In this document: one piece after another, positions 32,960 through 42,500 of the stretch
Layout: each line of letters opens with the position of its first letter
How positions within the stretch are numbered: the stretch's first letter is position 1
Assembly (NCBI GenBank): GCA_038231275.1
Contig: JBBRLQ010000021.1
Span: forward strand, 1-64,000
From: Polyangiales bacterium
GTDB taxonomy: Bacteria; Myxococcota_A; Polyangia; Polyangiales; Polyangiaceae
DNA: 64,000 nucleotides
Direction: 5' to 3'
Notes under the pieces: model-generated
What the model was told of the DNA's origin: nothing
The model's input: only the letters and a program-made list of their open reading frames with translations
The model's database searches: none
Position numbers and translations under genes: made by a program

Positions 32960-34084
32960 TCAGTGGCAGAAGCCGTCGATGCAGACGCCGGCACCCGGGC
33001 AGAGCTTGCCCTGCGTAGGATCGCACTCCGAGCCGAGGTTCGTCGCCGAGCCGCAGACGGAGTAGGTGCCCGTGCTCGTCGTTACCGCCTTGCACTGGTT
33101 GAACTTGTCGGCCGCCTTGCACGTGATGCCCGCTTCGTTGTTGCACGCGATGTAGCAGCTGTGGTGGATGCACACGCTGCCGTTGGCGCACGGCGGCCCG
33201 ACGACACCCTCTTGGGCGCACGTGAACGTCGGCTTTTGATCGGGGATGCAGCCGCCGTCGACGCAGACCTCGCCGGCAGGGCACGTGTCGCCGGGCTCAC
33301 CGCACGGCGTCACGCAATGGTCTTCGACGCACACGGTGCCGACCGCGCACGTGCCGCCGTCCGCGGTCGCGCCGCACGGGTTGGTGTTGCCGCTGCACAC
33401 GTTCGTCTTGCTGTCGCACGTGTAGCCGACCGGGCAGGGCGGGAGGCCGGGGCCGCAGCCCGGGGTGCACACGCCCTGAACGCACTGCTCGTTCGCCGGG
33501 CACTGCGTCGTGTCGAAGCACTGGTCGGCCGGCGCGACGCACGTGCCGTCGAGGCACTTCGAGCCCGCGACCTTCGCGGCGCACTCGGCGTCGTTGTGGC
33601 AGCCGGTGAAGGGCTTGCCGCCGTCCGAAGCGTCGCCGGGGCCGGCGTCGGGGAGGAACCCGAGTGGCACGCACGCGAGCGAGCCGCCGGAGAGCTTGCA
33701 CTGGTAGCCGCTCGGGCAGCCGGTGTTCGAGCAATCCCCGGGGTGACACTGGTCGTCGGCGCCGCAGTTGTAGCCCGGCGCGCAGTCGGACGGCCTTCCG
33801 CATGGGTTACCCGGCGCGGTCGCGTCGGGCTGCACGTAGCCGCCGCTCACGCACGAGCCGTACTGCCCGTTGTACTGACACGTCGTGCCGTTCGGGCAGT
33901 CGTAGTCCGAGCCGCACGAATACGCGTAGCAGTCGCTCGAGTAGTAGTCGTTCGGGCAGGAGTAACACTCTCCGCTCTGGAGGCAGACCCTGCGCCCCTG
34001 CGACTCGGGATAGATCGGGCAGCCGCCGAGGACGATTGCGCCGAGACCAACGAGGACGAACGACACCCAGGCTTTCAATTGCAT
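32960..34084 (-). CDS. Cys-rich repeat lipoprotein (EGF/Dickkopf-like C-x3-4-C-P-x-G-x2-C units)
   Basis: Lipobox VLGGC, about 49 Cys in repeated units such as CGSDYDCPNGTTC and CPAGEVCVDGGC. Confidence 0.85.
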   Translation of the reverse strand: MQLKAWVSFVLVGLGAIVLGGCPIYPESQGRRVCLQSGECYSCPNDYYSSDCYAYSCGSDYDCPNGTTCQYNGQYGSCVSGGYVQPDATAPGNPCGRPSDCAPGYNCGADDQCHPGDCSNTGCPSGYQCKLSGGSLACVPLGFLPDAGPGDASDGGKPFTGCHNDAECAAKVAGSKCLDGTCVAPADQCFDTTQCPANEQCVQGVCTPGCGPGLPPCPVGYTCDSKTNVCSGNTNPCGATADGGTCAVGTVCVEDHCVTPCGEPGDTCPAGEVCVDGGCIPDQKPTFTCAQEGVVGPPCANGSVCIHHSCYIACNNEAGITCKAADKFNQCKAVTTSTGTYSVCGSATNLGSECDPTQGKLCPGAGVCIDGFCH

Positions 34085-34482
34085 GGCGGTAGGAAAGGTA
34101 GCAACCCCCGTGCCTTGGACAACCGAAAGAAGACCGGCGCGTTCCCGGCGCAAATATGCCCCCCGCCAGGATGTGGGCGGAAAGCAGTATCCGCCCGTTC
34201 ACGCGGTCCCTGGGCGTCACAGTCAGGGCTCACGCTGCGGTTGAGCCGTCGGAAGGAGGTTCGTCCGCCCTCGGCATGGCCCTCGGAACAGGGATCGCGC
34301 GACCCGGGGCTCCCTCTGTGTCGGGATCGGCGGACCCACCCGCCGTGTCCCTCCGGGCCCCCATGACGGGCGTGGGTGGGTCGACTCGGGGCTTGTTCGA
34401 CAATGGAAGAAACGGCGTGATAGCGTTGTAGAAACCCAAGGGGCGAATCGCCGTCACGACGCGGCGGCGCATACAACGCGAG

Positions 34483-36630
34483 ATGGACGTCCAATGCGAC
34501 CGTTGCAAGACGGAGTACGAGTTCGACGACGCGCTCGTCAGCGGGCGGGGCACGACCGTCAAGTGCACCAACTGCGGGTTTCAGTTCAAGGTCCACAAGC
34601 AGGGCGGTGAGGCGGTCGACGACCGGTGGATGATCAAGACCACCGATCAGCGTGATCTGGTCTTCCACACCTTGAAGGATCTCCAGAAGGCCATCCTCGC
34701 CAAGCAGGTCGGCAAGCACGACACCCTCGCGAGGGGCAGCGCGCCGCCGCGGGCGCTCGGAGCGATCGCGGAGCTGTCTCCGTTCTTCGAGGAGCAGAGA
34801 AAACGGCAGACGAGCATCCCGCCTCCGTTGCCGGCGGGCCGCCGGCCGTCGAGCCCCGGGATCGAGCCGCGGCCGGGTACGCAGCTCGGGATGCCGACCG
34901 CGCCGCGGCAGCAGACTCCGGTCGGCCTGTACGCGCCGCAAGCCGCGCCGCCGCCCGCGCCCGTCGAACCGCGCCCGCCCCGGCCCTCCGACACGCTCCG
35001 TCCGCCCGAGAGCGGAGCCGTGCCGCCGCCCGTCGACGACGTCCCGATCCCAAAGGCCGACAAGGTCCTCCCGATGCCGGTCGTCGCCGTCGCGCCGACG
35101 CCGATGGACGAGTCGACCGTCCCGCTCCGCAACGGCGCGCGCGTCCGCGAAGAGGTCGCCGTCCTCAAGCCGCCGCCGCAGCGGCCGCGAGCTTCGTCGG
35201 CGCCCGAGGTCTCTTCGCCCCTTCCGCCGCCGCCTGTGCGGCGCGAACGTCTGCCGTCGTACGACGACGTGCTCGAGACACAACCCCCCGCGCGCGGTCG
35301 CCTGCGAAGCGAGATCGATTCGAACTTACCGAGCCAGCGTCCGGCGCGACGCGTTGGCGGGTGGGTGATCGCCGCGATACTTATCGTCAGCGTCGGGATC
35401 GGCGGCGTGATCGTCGGGCAGAAGTACATGCCAGGCGCCACTCCGACGACGGTGGGCGCGGCGCCGCTCGATCCGCGCGCGCAAGAGTTCTTACGCACCG
35501 GCGAGCGCGCGCTGGACGACGGCGATCTCGAGACCGCCAAGGAGAGCTTCGACAAGGCGAGCGTCATCGCCGAGAAGGATCCGCGCGTGCTCCTCGGCAT
35601 GGCGCGCCTGGCGACCGTGCGCGCGGACATCCCGTGGCTGAAGCAGCGCCTCTCTCCGCAAGACGCTAGCGACGAGACGAAGCGCAGCTGGTCGGAGCTC
35701 TCCGCGAAGGCGCGGACCCTCGCCGACACCGCGCTCACGGCGGCCCCCGACGACATCGGCGCCGTGCGCGTGAAGATGGACGCGCTCCGCATCGCGGGCG
35801 AGCGCGAGCAGGCGCGCGGGTACGTGACCAAGATCATCGGCAACGCGCAGCAACCCGACACCGCGTACGTGCTCGCGGCGCTGGACCTCGCCGAGCCCGA
35901 GCCGCTCTACAAGACGATCATCGAGCGCCTCCGCGTCGCCGCGCAGGCAGAAGGGAACAGCGGGCGTGCGCGCGCCGCGCTGGTCTATGCGCTGGCGCGG
36001 AGCGGCGACGGGGCAGGGGCGAAGGGCGAGCTCGATCGCCTCGGCCTCCTCACGCGGCCCCATCCGCTCTATGCGCCACTGAAGGCGTTCGTGGAGAAAG
36101 CGCCGGCGAAGGGCGACGGCGGGGTGGCGCCGGTCGCGAGCGGTCCCGTGGTCGACGTCAACAACCTCCCGCGGCAAGGCCTGGGCGGCCCGCCGACCGG
36201 CGACTCGAAATCGCTCCTCGCTCAGGGCAACGCGGCCATGCGCCGCGGCGACTACGATCGCGCGAACACGCTCTTCTCCGCCGCGCTCGACAAGAACCCC
36301 GGCGACTCCGAGGCGCAGGCCGGCCTCGGCGACGTCGCGCGCGCGCAGCACAACAACGCCGGCGCGCGCGCGTCGTACCAGCGCGCGGTGCAGATGAACG
36401 GGCACTACCTCCCCGCGCTCGTCGGTCTCGCCGACGCCGAGTGGGATCTCGGCGACAAGGCGTCCGCGCAGAAGCGCTACAAGGACCTGGTCGAGAATTT
36501 CCCGGACGGCGCGCTGCCCAACCACGTGAAGACGCGCGCGGAGGGCGGCGCTCCTGCCCCTGCGCCTGCTCCGACCAGTGCTCCGACCGTGGCACCGACG
36601 ACGGCATCGAGCGGATCCGCCGCGCCGTGA
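34483..36630 (+). CDS. MJ0042-type zinc-ribbon / Pro-rich / TM / TPR protein (GltJ/AgmX-like N terminus)
   Basis: MDVQCDRCKTEYEFDDALVSGRGTTVKCTNCGFQFKV, a following GYF-like small domain, Pro-rich linker, TM WVIAAILIVSVGIGGVIVG, TPR units (FSAALDKNPGDSEAQAGLG). Confidence 0.85.
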   Translation: MDVQCDRCKTEYEFDDALVSGRGTTVKCTNCGFQFKVHKQGGEAVDDRWMIKTTDQRDLVFHTLKDLQKAILAKQVGKHDTLARGSAPPRALGAIAELSPFFEEQRKRQTSIPPPLPAGRRPSSPGIEPRPGTQLGMPTAPRQQTPVGLYAPQAAPPPAPVEPRPPRPSDTLRPPESGAVPPPVDDVPIPKADKVLPMPVVAVAPTPMDESTVPLRNGARVREEVAVLKPPPQRPRASSAPEVSSPLPPPPVRRERLPSYDDVLETQPPARGRLRSEIDSNLPSQRPARRVGGWVIAAILIVSVGIGGVIVGQKYMPGATPTTVGAAPLDPRAQEFLRTGERALDDGDLETAKESFDKASVIAEKDPRVLLGMARLATVRADIPWLKQRLSPQDASDETKRSWSELSAKARTLADTALTAAPDDIGAVRVKMDALRIAGEREQARGYVTKIIGNAQQPDTAYVLAALDLAEPEPLYKTIIERLRVAAQAEGNSGRARAALVYALARSGDGAGAKGELDRLGLLTRPHPLYAPLKAFVEKAPAKGDGGVAPVASGPVVDVNNLPRQGLGGPPTGDSKSLLAQGNAAMRRGDYDRANTLFSAALDKNPGDSEAQAGLGDVARAQHNNAGARASYQRAVQMNGHYLPALVGLADAEWDLGDKASAQKRYKDLVENFPDGALPNHVKTRAEGGAPAPAPAPTSAPTVAPTTASSGSAAP

Positions 36631-38459
36631 AGAGGGTCGGCCTCGCCAGAGTCGGCCTCGCGTGCGGACTCGCAGGCGTCATGGCGCTCGGTTGCGAGGG
36701 GCGCCCGCGACCCGCGTCCGGCAAAGAGTCCGCGCCCAAGCCACGCAGCGGTCCTGCCGTCGTGGTGTTGGATTTGTCGGGCGGCGTCCCCGAAGAAGAG
36801 AAGGCGCAGCTCCTCGTCGCGCCGCGGCGACGCAGCTTCGATCACCTGGTGCAGACGATCGGCGACGCCGCGAAGGACAAGGACACGCGCGCGTTCTTCG
36901 TGCGCTTCGGCGGCGCGTCGCTCGGCATGGCACGCGCGGAGGAGATCGGCGCGCTGCTCGAGAAGGTCCGAAAGGCGGACAAGCCCGTCGTCTGCCACGC
37001 CGACGGCTTCACGAACTCGACGATGCTCGCGGCGGCGCGCGGATGCTCGAAGCTCTACGTGTCGCCAGCAGGAGAGGTCGAGACGATCGGCATCGCCGCG
37101 CAAATCGTCTACATGCGAAAGCTCCTCGCCGACGAGCTCAAGATCTCGATCGACATGCTCCAGGTCGGGAAATTCAAGGGCGCGGAGGAGCCGCTCACGC
37201 GCGACGGCCCGAGCGACGAGGCGCGCGCCTCGCTCGAGTCGACGCTCGCCGACATGCGCGGGAGCTGGCTCGACGGCATTCGACAGGGGCGAAAAGCGCT
37301 CGCGAACGCGGACGCGGTGGAGGACGGTCCGTACGCGCCGACGCGCGCCAAGGAGCTCGGGCTCGTCGACGAGGTCGGGTACGCCGACGACGCGCTCGCC
37401 GAGCTGAAGAAGGTCGCCGCCGCGCCGCGCGAGGACGTCCGCTTCGGCGCCGGAGCGCAAGACAAGCCCGACGATCTCGGCGACATCGTGCGCGCCCTCG
37501 CTGGCGGGGGCGGCGCGCCGATCGCCCTGGTGCGCGCGACCGGTAGCATCTCGATGTCCGGCGGCGGCGGCCTCTTCGGCGGGCGCAGCGGCATCACCGA
37601 GCACGATCTCTCGCGCACGCTCGCGAAGGTCGAGCGGGACCAGGACGTCAAGGTCCTCGTGCTCCGCATCGACTCACCCGGGGGCAGCGCGCTCGCCAGC
37701 GATCTGATCTGGCACGATCTGATGCGCGTCCGGAAGAAGAAGCCGATCGTCGTCAGCGTCGGCGAGATGGCGGCGAGCGGCGGCTACTACCTCGCGAGCG
37801 CAGGCTCCGTGATCTTCGCGGACGCGGGAAGCATCGTCGGGTCCATCGGCGTCGTGGGCGGGAAGCTCGCGATCGGACCCGCGCTTGAGAGGTACGGCGT
37901 CCACACCGAGACGTTCTCCGGCAAAGGGCGCGATCCCAAGGCCGCCAACCGTGCGGCGTACTTGTCCGCGCTCGTTCCGTGGGACGAGCCTACGAGGGTC
38001 CGCGTCAAGGAGACGATGACCGGAATCTACGATCTGTTTCTCGCGCGCATCGTCGAAGGCCGATCGACCGAGGGCCGGACCCTCACCGTGCAGAAGATCG
38101 CCGAGAGCGCGGAGGGGCGTATTTTCAGCGGTCGCGAGGGCAAGGCGCGCGGCCTCATCGACGAGATCGGAGGGCTCGACGACGCGCTCTCTCGCGCGCG
38201 CAAGCTCGCCAAGCTCCCCGAGGACGCGGGCGTCCAGGTGATGGGCAGCAAGGGCTCGTTCCTCGATGCGCTCGATCCGACCGGCGGCGATTCGGACGAG
38301 CGCGCCGAAGCCCTCGCCCGCGCGCGCGCCGGCGTCAGCGCCCTCGACGCGCTCGAGGAGGCGGCGCCCGACGTGGTCCCGTTCGCGACCAGCCTGCTCC
38401 CGCTCGCCGAGGGCGAACGCTCGGTCCTCGCCATTCCGTTCGCGCTCGTCGTTCGCTGA
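36627..38459 (+). CDS. sppA: Signal peptide peptidase SppA (S49, tandem-domain 67K type) with lipoprotein signal
   Basis: VGKFKGAEEP (Lys), LRIDSPGGS, AASGGYY (Ser), GSIGV, AEGRIFSG...GLIDEIGG. GTGA overlap with the upstream gene; lipobox MALGC. Confidence 0.9.
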   Translation: MKRVGLARVGLACGLAGVMALGCEGRPRPASGKESAPKPRSGPAVVVLDLSGGVPEEEKAQLLVAPRRRSFDHLVQTIGDAAKDKDTRAFFVRFGGASLGMARAEEIGALLEKVRKADKPVVCHADGFTNSTMLAAARGCSKLYVSPAGEVETIGIAAQIVYMRKLLADELKISIDMLQVGKFKGAEEPLTRDGPSDEARASLESTLADMRGSWLDGIRQGRKALANADAVEDGPYAPTRAKELGLVDEVGYADDALAELKKVAAAPREDVRFGAGAQDKPDDLGDIVRALAGGGGAPIALVRATGSISMSGGGGLFGGRSGITEHDLSRTLAKVERDQDVKVLVLRIDSPGGSALASDLIWHDLMRVRKKKPIVVSVGEMAASGGYYLASAGSVIFADAGSIVGSIGVVGGKLAIGPALERYGVHTETFSGKGRDPKAANRAAYLSALVPWDEPTRVRVKETMTGIYDLFLARIVEGRSTEGRTLTVQKIAESAEGRIFSGREGKARGLIDEIGGLDDALSRARKLAKLPEDAGVQVMGSKGSFLDALDPTGGDSDERAEALARARAGVSALDALEEAAPDVVPFATSLLPLAEGERSVLAIPFALVVR

Positions 38460-38480
38460 CGGTCGGCGCCTCGCGTCCGC

Positions 38481-39404
38481 TCACTTCGCCGCGACGCCGA
38501 CGACGTTGGGCAGCTCCCAAAACTCGTCGTTCGCGTCGCGGCGGAAGAACGTCGTCTCGTAGTCTCCTATCCCGCGTACGCGCGTCGGGCCAGCCTCTAC
38601 GAACAGCGACGCCTCCGGGCCACCCTCCACGTAGAACATCTGCGCGAGTCGCAGCTCGGGGGCCGCGATGACGGCAGCGAAGTCGGTCATCGCATAGGGC
38701 GCGCGCGTGTGCGCGAGGACGACGCGGCCGTCGCGGTCGATGCCGATGGCGGCGGCGCTGAAGACGCGGCTCTCTTTCCAGGGGACCGCGTGCCCGTCGC
38801 AGTCGAGGAGGCGGTAGTTCTGGAAGACGACTTTGTAGTCCGCGCGAATACGGGGAAGGTCGAAGCCTGGGCAGTCCCGGCCGAACGCCGCGGCCTCGGG
38901 GAGGCCGGCACGCGTGGGCGAGAAGGCGAAATAGCCGCCCATCTTCGAGAGATCGTGGGCCTGGTTCACCGTCGCGCCGTCGACCATGAAGCCGACGCTC
39001 TGGCCTGAGGGCTCGTACATCGACGCGTTCACGACGGCGACGAGACCGAACTCCTTCGCCCAATCGGGGGCGCGTCGCCGGCGCCCTTCGGCCTTCGCGG
39101 TGAGCAAGCGCAGCCGGAAGTGGGACGGATCGATGCGTACGAGCGTGATCGTCTTCACCGTCTCGAGCGTGATGCCTGCGGGCGCCGCAGCGTCGGGGAC
39201 GGCCGCGGCGGCCGAGGGAGTAGCGACGGGCGCGGCCGTGGTCGTCTCCGTTCCGTTGCGCCGACCTCCGTCGCACCCTGCCTCGAGAAGCGCGGCCGCC
39301 GTCAACGACGACAAAAGGAGGAGGGAGCGGCGCGCGGGCACGTCGCGGGTACTACGCGCGGCGGCGCGCGCGGCTTCCGGATTTGCGGCGGTCGGGGCGC
39401 GCAC
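38481..39404 (-). CDS. Phosphodiester glycosidase (NAGPA/DUF2233-like) family exported protein
   Basis: LVRIDP, AVVNASMY, AAIGIDRDGRVV, MFYVEGGPEASL pattern. RRSLL...LEAGC is a possible Tat-lipoprotein signal. TAGACT lies 6 nt before GTG. Confidence 0.7.
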   Translation of the reverse strand: MRAPTAANPEAARAAARSTRDVPARRSLLLLSSLTAAALLEAGCDGGRRNGTETTTAAPVATPSAAAAVPDAAAPAGITLETVKTITLVRIDPSHFRLRLLTAKAEGRRRRAPDWAKEFGLVAVVNASMYEPSGQSVGFMVDGATVNQAHDLSKMGGYFAFSPTRAGLPEAAAFGRDCPGFDLPRIRADYKVVFQNYRLLDCDGHAVPWKESRVFSAAAIGIDRDGRVVLAHTRAPYAMTDFAAVIAAPELRLAQMFYVEGGPEASLFVEAGPTRVRGIGDYETTFFRRDANDEFWELPNVVGVAAK

Positions 39405-39553
39405 GGCGGCAGTCTAGGCGCGGCATGGCGCGGCGCGAAACCATGGGATTTTTGGCGTGGATCGGCCGGCCGGCGCCCGGCGAAGCGCGCGGGCTGGGGA
39501 CAAGCCACAATCTCGCGTAGTTTCGCGCAACTGCGATAAAGTGACAGGGAACG

Positions 39554-42500
39554 ATGGACGGGCCGGTCACAGAGGGGGCGCCGGAGACGGGGGGCGACGC
39601 GCCCTCCACGAAGGTCGAGACGCTCCCGCCCCCCGAGTGGACGGGGCCGAGCGTGCAGACGCGCGGGCGTCAGTCCCACGCGCCGCCGCCCGTGCAACGG
39701 CGAACCGGCCGGCGCGCGGAGGAGGCGACCGTGCGGGCGCGCCTGGACGACGCCCGGCGCGACGGCAACCAAACGCTGGTGCGGCAGCTCGCGACCGAGC
39801 TCGCGCGCGCGCTCGCGGCACGAGAGCGCGATCTCGACGAAGCATCGACGCTCGCGCACGAGGCGCTCGGCGTCGCCGAGGACGACGGGCTGCGTCGCGA
39901 GCTGTCGGCGTGGCTCGAGTCGTTGGGCGACCCGGGCCTCGCGGCGGCGGAGCTACGAACGCTCGCGAAGCGCGCGGCGTCCGAGCCTCAGACCGCGGCG
40001 GCGCTGCTCCTGCAGGTCGGCATCCTCCGCGCCCGCGCCGGTGATGCCATCGGCGCCGACGAAGCGTTCGCGGAGGCCGCGGAGCTCGATCCGTCCGACG
40101 CGCGCGCGTGCGAGCTGGTGGGCGCCCTCTCGGCGTGGGCGCCCGAGGTTGTCCCTGCACGCGCAGCGGCGTCGGCGTACGTGGAGGCGGCGGCCCGGCG
40201 TGGCGCCGAGGGCTGGGACTCCTCGAAGGAAGCGCAGCTCGAGAATTTGCTTCGCGCGGTCGAGACCGATCCGTCGCACGAGCCCGCGGTGCGCGCGCTG
40301 TCGGTGGCGCTGGACGCGCGGGGGCGGCCGATCGCGGCCGACGAGGTCTGGCGTGCGCATGCTCACGTCATCGCGCGCGAGAGCCCGGAGCGCGCGCGGG
40401 CGATCCACGCGCAGCGGCGCCGTGCGGCGGTCGAGACCGAGGACATCGCTCGGGCGTTAGGCGCGGCGCTGGACGAGGGGCTCGACGGGGTCCATGACGG
40501 CGAGGACGCCGCGCGGTTCGACGACCTCCTCCTGCGCACCGGCCTCTTCGAGGTGCTGGCGGAGCGCCTCGCGCTCGCGGCCGAGCGCACCGGAGAGCGG
40601 ACCGGCCGGGCGCGCCGGTACGAGGAGCTCGCGCGACTCTGGGAGGGTCCGCTCGCGAGCCGTACGCGCGCGGCCCGCGCGTACGCAGACGCGGTCGCAG
40701 CGTCGCCCGGGCACGAAGGGGCGACCGCCGCGCTCGTGGAGCACGTCGCGCGCACACGCGACGCGGAGCCGCTCGTGGACGGGCTCGCCCGCGCCATCGC
40801 GCAAGACGACGGCGGCGACGAGGGAGTGAGGCGCGGTCGGCTCGTCAGCGCGCGCGCGCTCGCACGCGTCGCCGAAGACGACCTGCACGCGCCGGGCATC
40901 GCCAACTGGGCGCACGAGCAGGCGCTGGCGCTCGCGCCCGCGGGATCCGTGGAGCACGCCGAGGCGCGCGCCGGAATGCGGCGGACGCAGCCGGGGGTAA
41001 ACCAGAAGGTCGGCGATCTCGTGCGGGTCCGCGACGGCCTCTCGGCGGGCTCCGAGGCCGTGCGCGTCGATGCGCTCCGCACGATCGTCGGCATCCTCCG
41101 CGGGTTGCCCGGCGACAGCGACATCCTCGCCGAGATGCTCGACGAGCTGGCGCGGGTGCGCCCGGCCGAGCACGACGTCGCGCTCGACGCGGCGCGGGTC
41201 CACGCGGGCCGTGGCGACGTCGCGGCGGCGCGGGCTCTCGCGCAAGCGGTCGCGGACGACACGAAGGGCTCCGTCGAGGACCGCACCGCCGCCGGGCTCA
41301 TGCTCGCCAAGCTCGCGCGCGCGGCTGGAGAACCGGAGCACGCACAGCGCGCGACGAGGCAGCTGCTCGACCTCGCTCCGCGTAGCCGCGAAGTCGCGGC
41401 CGTCGCGTGGGCGAACGCATCGCTCGCCGGTGACCGGCAAACACGCGCGGTCGCGCTGCGCGAGCTCGGCGCGGCCGCGACGTCGCGCCTCTCCGCGGTG
41501 CTCTTGGCGGTCGCCGCCGAGGAGCTCGCGGCCGCGGGCCAGCTCGACGAGGCGCGCCGCGCGGCCGAGCGAGGGTGCCAAGCCGACCCACACGACGCGC
41601 GTTGCGCCAGCGCGCTGGCGTGGATCCTCTCACACGCCGAGACGCTCGATCGTGCCGGCGCGGTGGCGCTCGAGCGCGCGATCGCGACCGGCGTCGTGAC
41701 CGCAGCATCGTCGGCGTCGCTCGCCCGCGCGATGGAGGAGCTGGGCGAGAGCGACCCGGCGGTCGCGTGGACGCAGCGCCTCGTCACACTCTCGCCGGGC
41801 GACAAGGCGAAGATCCAGCTCCTCTTCGAGCGCACGCTGCGTGCCAAGGAGCCGTCGCGCGTCGCGGACGCCTTCGCGTGGTCGTTGTCGCAGCCGCTGC
41901 CGGGTCACGAGCTCGCCGAGCTCCTCGCGCCGTCCCTGATCGCGCTCTCCACGCTCGATCCGGATCGCGCCGTCGTCGCGGCGCGGAGGACCCTCGACGT
42001 CCTCGGCCCGCGTGACGCGGGGCTGCGCGCGACGCTCCGGGACGTGGCGGCCCGCGCGAACGACGCTGCGTTCGGCGCCGCGGTGGTCGAGCGCTGGTTG
42101 GCCGCGGGGGCGCAGGTCTCCGACCGGCCCGCGCTGCTCGCGGAGCTCGCGGAGCAGCGCGCCAAGGCGGGCGATCCGGATGGCGAAGCGCGCGCCCTCG
42201 CACGAGCTCTTCGCGAAGGGGCACCGGCGGCCGACCTCGCCGATCGCGTGGTCACCCTCACGGGCGAGACTCTATCTGCCGATGGCGAGCTCGCCTGGTT
42301 GGCGGCGCGCGCGGAGGTGCTGGTCGCGCGCGGCGACAACGCGGGCGCTGCGCGGGCGCTGCGCGAGCTCGGCGGTGCCGCGTGGGATCTCGCCGACGAT
42401 CGTGCCTCGGCGGTGGGCGCGTGGATCCGTGCGGCGAAGATCGCGCCGGCGCGCGGCTACATGACCCTGGGCCTCGACCTCGCGCGCTTCGCCGACGGCC

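Noticed and set aside
34245..34270. SRP RNA, suggested by CGGAAGGAG
   Set aside because: The conserved CAGG...GGAA...AGCAG helix 8 context is absent.
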